A stretch of DNA of 32,000 nucleotides from an uncultured archaeon (lineage in GTDB: Archaea > Asgardarchaeota > Thorarchaeia > Thorarchaeales > Thorarchaeaceae). The notes beneath the pieces were generated by a model. That model was not told the DNA's origin, ran no database searches, and was given only the letters and a program-made list of their open reading frames with translations. The translations under genes and the position numbers were made by a program. Location of the stretch: NCBI GenBank assembly GCA_964648855.1, contig CAZYLT010000004.1:79532-111531 (forward strand). The letters are read 5' to 3'. Shown here in pieces: positions 27,516 to 32,000 of the stretch (within the stretch, counting starts at the first letter, position 1; each line of letters begins with the position of its first letter).

Positions 27516-28148
27516 TTAAGTACGGCGCAGTCTAGCTCTCCGAGCTTTCACTTCTTCTGGTCCCTTGAGAACCTTGCTCTTACGAATCTCACATTCGCGG
27601 AGTGGGATGATTTTCCTAACCGCATCCTGGACCTCTGATGCCAACTCACCTAGAACTACTTTCCTTACGAGTTCATCAAAAGAATGCTTCTTGGCATGAG
27701 CCCGAATAACGCGCTCTATTGCTTTTCTTATAGAGTGCTTCTGACTGCTTTTTGCTCGTGTCATGGTAAATACAATGACAGAAATTCGCATCAAATAGTC
27801 GTCTTTAGTCAGAATAGGTCCAATCCAATCAATACGAGTAGTACCCCTTCTCACAAGACCTCGCAGATAATCGGAGCTCCATTCGTGTCCATAGAATGTG
27901 GTGTTTGCCTGTTGCCCCTTGACATCATAGATCTTGAATTTCAGTTTAACATGAATTTGGTCAAAATTCCCTGTTAAATCGTATAATGTAGGCTTCACTG
28001 TTCTTCCAAGCAACAACTCTGGAGAACTGGCTGGTGTGGTCCCAATTTCTTTATTATCAAAGTAATCCGGTGTCAGAATTTGGTACCAGACCTTCTCTCG
28101 CCATTTGTCTCGTGTTCTAGCGGCTGCCTTTCGGCTTCGTGAAGACAT
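27516..28148 (-). CDS. rps3ae: 30S ribosomal protein eS1 (S3Ae)
   Basis: RDKWREKVWY, TLYDLTG, DYLRGLVRRGTTRID, PLRECEIRKSKVL; start 28148 (or 28154). Confidence 0.97.
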   Translation of the reverse strand: MSSRSRKAAARTRDKWREKVWYQILTPDYFDNKEIGTTPASSPELLLGRTVKPTLYDLTGNFDQIHVKLKFKIYDVKGQQANTTFYGHEWSSDYLRGLVRRGTTRIDWIGPILTKDDYLMRISVIVFTMTRAKSSQKHSIRKAIERVIRAHAKKHSFDELVRKVVLGELASEVQDAVRKIIPLRECEIRKSKVLKGPEEVKARRARLRRT

Positions 28149-28303
28149 TATCATATCACACTCGTACTAATAGAATTCCCAAATAGATTGAGAATCAATC
28201 GGCTGTTCCTTTGACTTCCTAAGGACGCCAAGCGGCAATCAAGGGTGCCGAATAAAAACATTGTGACGTGTGCTACTAACTCAAAGGAATAGGATTAGCG
28301 CAA

Positions 28304-28327
28304 TAGTTAGAACATATGTTCCAACTA
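28304..28327. promoter_or_regulatory. 24-bp near-perfect palindrome TAGTTAGAACATATGTTCCAACTA
   Basis: 11 of 12 pairs are complementary; lies between the divergent rps3ae and tRNA-Leu promoters. Confidence 0.55.
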
Positions 28328-28393
28328 ATCGTCATGAAAACTTTCTATGGCAAAATGATTATATCTCCAGCACACTCCACAAAGCCAAAGCAT

Positions 28394-28481
28394 GCGGAGG
28401 TTGCCAAGCTTGGCCAAAGGCGCAGGACTTAGGATCCTGTCTCGTAGGAGTACGCGAGTTCAAATCTCGCCCTCCGCACCA
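28394..28481 (+). tRNA. tRNA-Leu(TAG), intron-less, encoded CCA
   Basis: Acceptor GCGGAGG/CCTCCGC, anticodon arm CAGGA-CTTAGGA-TCCTG, long variable arm, GCGAG-TTCAAAT-CTCGC, ACCA. Confidence 0.97.
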
Positions 28482-28540
28482 ATTAGCAATACTCGTGCCG
28501 ATGAATAGTCCTCTATTCAGTAGCATAAGGATCTGGTCCC

Positions 28541-28882
28541 ATGAGGTATGTATTTCTCGCAACGAAAGACAATCCCATGCAATTGATGCATCTCCTATTG
28601 AATGCCACTAAGTTTTCTGCAGAGGGACACGAAGTAGCAGTCGTCCTAGAGTGTTCATCGCCAAAGCTATTAATCCGATTGGAGGATGGGTCAATTAACC
28701 TTCCAATATTCTTTGATGCACTCAAACAGGGCTTAATTGATCATGCTTGCAAGGCCTGCTCAACAAAATTTTCTGCTCATAAAGCTGCAGAGGAACTTGG
28801 TATCGAATTGAAAGGTGAATTGAAGGGTCATAGTGACCTTTACGAGTTCGCAAAACGTGGATTCTCCATAATATCATTCTAA
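28541..28882 (+). CDS. DsrE/DsrF-like small sulfur-transfer/peroxiredoxin-like protein
   Basis: HLLLNA...GHEVAVVLE...HACKACS...GHSDL...GFSIISF pattern; 113 aa. Confidence 0.8.
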   Translation: MRYVFLATKDNPMQLMHLLLNATKFSAEGHEVAVVLECSSPKLLIRLEDGSINLPIFFDALKQGLIDHACKACSTKFSAHKAAEELGIELKGELKGHSDLYEFAKRGFSIISF

Positions 28883-28900
28883 ACCGGCAAAATAGTACTA

Positions 28901-29035
28901 TGGCGCCGGGGATGGGATATTCGGTGCTCATAAACATATGAGCTCATTCGAACCCATGCGTCGTAAAGACAGCGGTTATATCGCAAGTCTTTCATTGCTT
29001 CGAGACCGCCTCCGTAGCCGCTTGGATACCCCGGC
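28901..29035 (-). tRNA. tRNA-Ser(CGA) with two introns (37/38: 28978-28998; T-loop 59/60: 28918-28946), encoded CCA
   Basis: Reverse strand reads GCCGGGG...GCGGT-CTCGAA[21 nt]A-ACCGC, long variable arm, ATGGG-TTCGAA[29 nt]T-CCCAT, CCCCGGC-G-CCA. G73 discriminator; both introns fold into BHB-type motifs. Confidence 0.92.
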
Positions 29036-29086
29036 AATATCAATTGTAGAAAATCCTGATATAATTCTAACTGAAGTCCACCTAGA

Positions 29087-30472
29087 TCACGGTTCTCCAC
29101 TAAGATCATCAACGGCTTGTTTCATGGCCTTTTTACCAACATCTGCTAGTTTCTCTACAGTGTGTTCAGTCCGTCCTCCTACATAGAGTCTAGCTTTTGG
29201 CTCAGTGCCTGAAACCCGTATCAATAGATATGATCCATTACTAAATTCGAAACGTATTCCATCAACCTCAATGATCTTATCTAGGCCGTTCAGATTGGGC
29301 GAAATGAGTTTTTTCACATGTGGAATGAATTCATCTTTGATTTCATTGGGGCATTGAATATTTTCACGAAGCATTGGATATTCTGGTATTTTCTTCATCA
29401 ATTCGATACAACTACCATTTCCAAGACCGTCAACCAATTGACAGATTCTGGCCGCTCCAGCTATACCATCCATCCACAATCCCAAATCAGAGAATATCGG
29501 TTTCCACGGTTCTGAGGCAAAAACAACTTCCTCCTTCTTCGAATGGAGTAGTTCCTGCAGTGACCCCAGTGCAGTTCTAACAATCTCTCCTCCTGCGTTA
29601 TGTACAACCTCATCAATCACACTGGATGTATCAATGGACACAACCACTAGTCCCCCACCCCTTCGCTCAACTTCCTCTCTTGCTAAAATCGCAATTATGC
29701 GGTTTTGGTCTATAAATTGCCCACTTTCGTCAATAACTGCTATTCGGTCCCCATCCCCATCATGTGCAATTCCTACCGCAAAATCAGAATCCATCATCAT
29801 TTGCATGATATCAGTGAGATTTCTCGGTGCAGGTTCTGCTGGTCTGCCTGGAAAGTACCCATCAGGATGGGCATTTATTGTAGTCACTGAGAAACCTAGC
29901 TCATCAAGCAATCGTGGAGTATAAGAGCATGCGGCACCATTTGCAGCATCAACAAGTATTTTTGCTCCAATAACACCGTTCCCTCTTTTTCCGATGAATT
30001 CCTTAATCATATTCAAATATTGATATCTGATATCAGAGATCTGAATGGAACCAACATATTTCCACTCGGCAACATGGAAATCACCTGAAGTAATAGTTTT
30101 CTCTATCTCAACTTCTTCGCTTCTGATGAACTCACGGCCTTCTACGAAGAACTTGAACCCATTATCTGTTGGAGGGTTATGGCTCGCAGTTATGACAACT
30201 GATGCTCTTACACCGTCCCAAGTACTAAATGATGCCACAGTAGGCATAGGTGCAACACCAATATCAATAACGCTCACACCAGTAGAAAGAACACCTGAAA
30301 CAAAAGCCTTCTTTAGCATTTGATTTGATGTTCGTTCATCAATACCTACACCGACTTTACCGCGTCCCTGCAAAAAGGTGCCCAGAGATTTCCCAAGATC
30401 CAAGGCGAGCTTAGGAGTCACTTTCTCCGTTATACCCCCTCTGATGCCGCTAGTGCCAAATAATTTCTCCAT
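29087..30472 (-). CDS. Alpha-D-phosphohexomutase (phosphoglucosamine mutase/PMM-PGM family)
   Basis: LFGTSGIRG, phosphoserine TASHNP, metal loop DGDGDR, RVSGTEP; substrate specificity not determinable. Confidence 0.93.
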   Translation of the reverse strand: MEKLFGTSGIRGGITEKVTPKLALDLGKSLGTFLQGRGKVGVGIDERTSNQMLKKAFVSGVLSTGVSVIDIGVAPMPTVASFSTWDGVRASVVITASHNPPTDNGFKFFVEGREFIRSEEVEIEKTITSGDFHVAEWKYVGSIQISDIRYQYLNMIKEFIGKRGNGVIGAKILVDAANGAACSYTPRLLDELGFSVTTINAHPDGYFPGRPAEPAPRNLTDIMQMMMDSDFAVGIAHDGDGDRIAVIDESGQFIDQNRIIAILAREEVERRGGGLVVVSIDTSSVIDEVVHNAGGEIVRTALGSLQELLHSKKEEVVFASEPWKPIFSDLGLWMDGIAGAARICQLVDGLGNGSCIELMKKIPEYPMLRENIQCPNEIKDEFIPHVKKLISPNLNGLDKIIEVDGIRFEFSNGSYLLIRVSGTEPKARLYVGGRTEHTVEKLADVGKKAMKQAVDDLSGEP

Positions 30473-30483
30473 TTTTGATTCCT

Positions 30484-31464
30484 CTAGCTCTTTGGCAGTG
30501 CAAGATCTGCTATGTCCCTTGCTGCTTCGCCAATTCTAAGAAGACTGTCGATGACATAGAGCTGCGAATGGGTCTGCCCATGCGGTGAAGATAAAACATT
30601 TTCCTGTAGCTCGGCAATTTGTTTAATCAGTTGTTTCTCTTCATCAATGACCCATGCTACTCGTTTAGCATTAAAAGTGAAAAGGTTCGTGACAGCTTTC
30701 TCTAGCATCTCTCTTATGCGATTTGCTATTGGCTCCACCATCTTTGTCGTATGCTCATCAACAGGATCATTTGCCCTTATTGCGATATCTACCGCCAAGT
30801 CCGCAACACGCTCGATGTACTGGACAGCCAACCGAAAATCTAATGCTTCAACGGGTGAAATGCCCATGGCCTCCGATATTCTGGGATACTGAATTGTGCT
30901 TCGTAACTCACGAACAATCAAGAAAAACAACCGGTTTACTTCTTCATCTCGACTCGCAACATCTTGTCCTTTTTCACTATCACCCTTGAGAAATGCATCT
31001 AATGCATCATCTAGCATTCTTGAAGCTATCAAATTCATTCTTTTCATGGTCTTATGAACCGGTAAAGTTGTTGGATCCACTAAACACTGGATTACAATTT
31101 CATTTTCATCCTCTTTTTCCTCGGTAACTTCCAGTGCAACAAATCTCTTGATGATGCTTTTCAATTCATCACGTTGTTCATTTGTGATTGGTTTCTCGGA
31201 TCTTAATCTTATTTCGTCAAAGCCCAATAGATACTTGCTTGTGATTGCCCACCTGAGATTGTTCTCCATAGTAATTGATGTAGTCCTAGTTTCACCTGCC
31301 TTTGGAAGTCTGGGGTCTACTATTAGACAGCCGTCTTCTCTTTCTGATACGACTACGGGATCACCTTTTTCTAATCCCTGTCTCCTAATCCAGTCCTTTG
31401 GTAAAATGACTAGGAATGAACTACCACTACGTCCTCCGGTCCGTTGCAATTTACGAATATTCAT
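30484..31464 (-). CDS. phoU: Phosphate uptake regulator, AbrB-like DNA-binding domain plus PhoU domains
   Basis: RKLQRTG...LVILPKDW...GLEKGD AbrB start, YLLGFD, DEEVNRLFFL, ERVADLA repeats. Confidence 0.9.
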   Translation of the reverse strand: MNIRKLQRTGGRSGSSFLVILPKDWIRRQGLEKGDPVVVSEREDGCLIVDPRLPKAGETRTTSITMENNLRWAITSKYLLGFDEIRLRSEKPITNEQRDELKSIIKRFVALEVTEEKEDENEIVIQCLVDPTTLPVHKTMKRMNLIASRMLDDALDAFLKGDSEKGQDVASRDEEVNRLFFLIVRELRSTIQYPRISEAMGISPVEALDFRLAVQYIERVADLAVDIAIRANDPVDEHTTKMVEPIANRIREMLEKAVTNLFTFNAKRVAWVIDEEKQLIKQIAELQENVLSSPHGQTHSQLYVIDSLLRIGEAARDIADLALPKS

Positions 31465-31624
31465 TTCCTGAATGCATCTCCTAAACTCATTTTGGCGGGA
31501 ATGAATTTGCTTTCCGACTTAATACGGTTGTTAGTCGCAGATGTTATTCAAACCGCCGTCGCGAGTTCTTCTCACAGGCAGATGTTTATTACAGCAACCA
31601 AGACCATAAAGACCTGGTGCCTAA

Positions 31625-32000
31625 TTGACTTCGATAAATCGGAAACATATCTTGAAGAAGCTTATCTCTTCAGGATGTCAAATTTCACCCGATGCCCTAG
31701 AGTACATCATGGGAAATGAGGCGCCCATGCAGTTAGTTGACATGATATTATCTAGAGTAAAACAAAATAGTGTATCCACAGTTTTGTCAAAATCAGACCT
31801 GGCCAATCTCTTGGAAAGCACACGTGTTCTTCCCCAGAAGAAAAGCAAGTCAAAAACACAGAAAGAAACAACCATCATAGAAGAGCCCCCCGAAGCCCCC
31901 TCTTATGACATCGAGCAGCCCGACAACAAGATTTCCGTTGTAAAAAATCCCACTTTCGATGAGGTTGGTTCTTCTGGAAGTTTCGAAGACTTTTTGGCAC
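31625..32000 (+). CDS. DNA polymerase D small subunit DP1, N-terminal part (3'-truncated; not in the ORF track)
   Basis: Open frame from TTG 31625 to the window end: MTSINRKHILKKLISSGCQISPDALEYI...KISVVKNPT...GSSGSFEDFLA. This matches the DP1 N-terminal GxQIxPxAL helix and the GxxEDF motif preceding the OB fold. Confidence 0.72.
   Translation, partial: MTSINRKHILKKLISSGCQISPDALEYIMGNEAPMQLVDMILSRVKQNSVSTVLSKSDLANLLESTRVLPQKKSKSKTQKETTIIEEPPEAPSYDIEQPDNKISVVKNPTFDEVGSSGSFEDFLA

Noticed and set aside
1-32000. Numerous short ORF-track entries antisense to or overlapping the called genes
   Set aside because: They are shadows of well-supported genes or tRNAs, with no recognisable motifs (e.g. 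5312-5629, 28270-28611 and 28879-29186 overlap tRNAs).
1-32000. Mobile elements, CRISPR arrays, rRNA, defence islands
   Set aside because: No transposase or integrase motifs, no repeat-spacer periodicity, no tRNA 3'-end duplication and no rRNA-like stretch were seen.

Overview
Gene-dense archaeal core-genome segment. It is most likely from an Asgard archaeon (Thorarchaeia-like); this is an inference from MCM, Hel308, PolD DP1, KEOPS, BHB-intron tRNAs and a Roadblock/DENN-like/small-GTPase operon. Most genes are housekeeping: replication and repair (mcm, hel308, nurA-herA, DP1 partial), RNA modification and translation (trm11, kae1-bud32-pcc1, rps15, rps3ae, LSm, FAU-1, 2H phosphoesterase), and metabolism (pyrG, phosphohexomutase, PhoU regulator). 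There are three tRNAs: Pro-GGG with one intron, Leu-TAG with none, and Ser-CGA with two, one of them in the T-loop. The best candidate for an unusual system is the three-gene operon at 11241-13717: a tandem double-Roadblock protein, a stand-alone folliculin/cDENN-like protein and an MglA-type GTPase. It resembles a prokaryotic precursor of the Ragulator/Rag/FLCN module. Other points of interest are a possible Vps28-CTD-like orphan, an apparently inactivated RecJ/DHH homologue, a CTP synthase with a 13-aa insertion, several strong promoter palindromes and a hairpin leader on rps15. No mobile element, CRISPR array, rRNA or intein was seen. All family calls come from motif recognition by eye; no database search was run.
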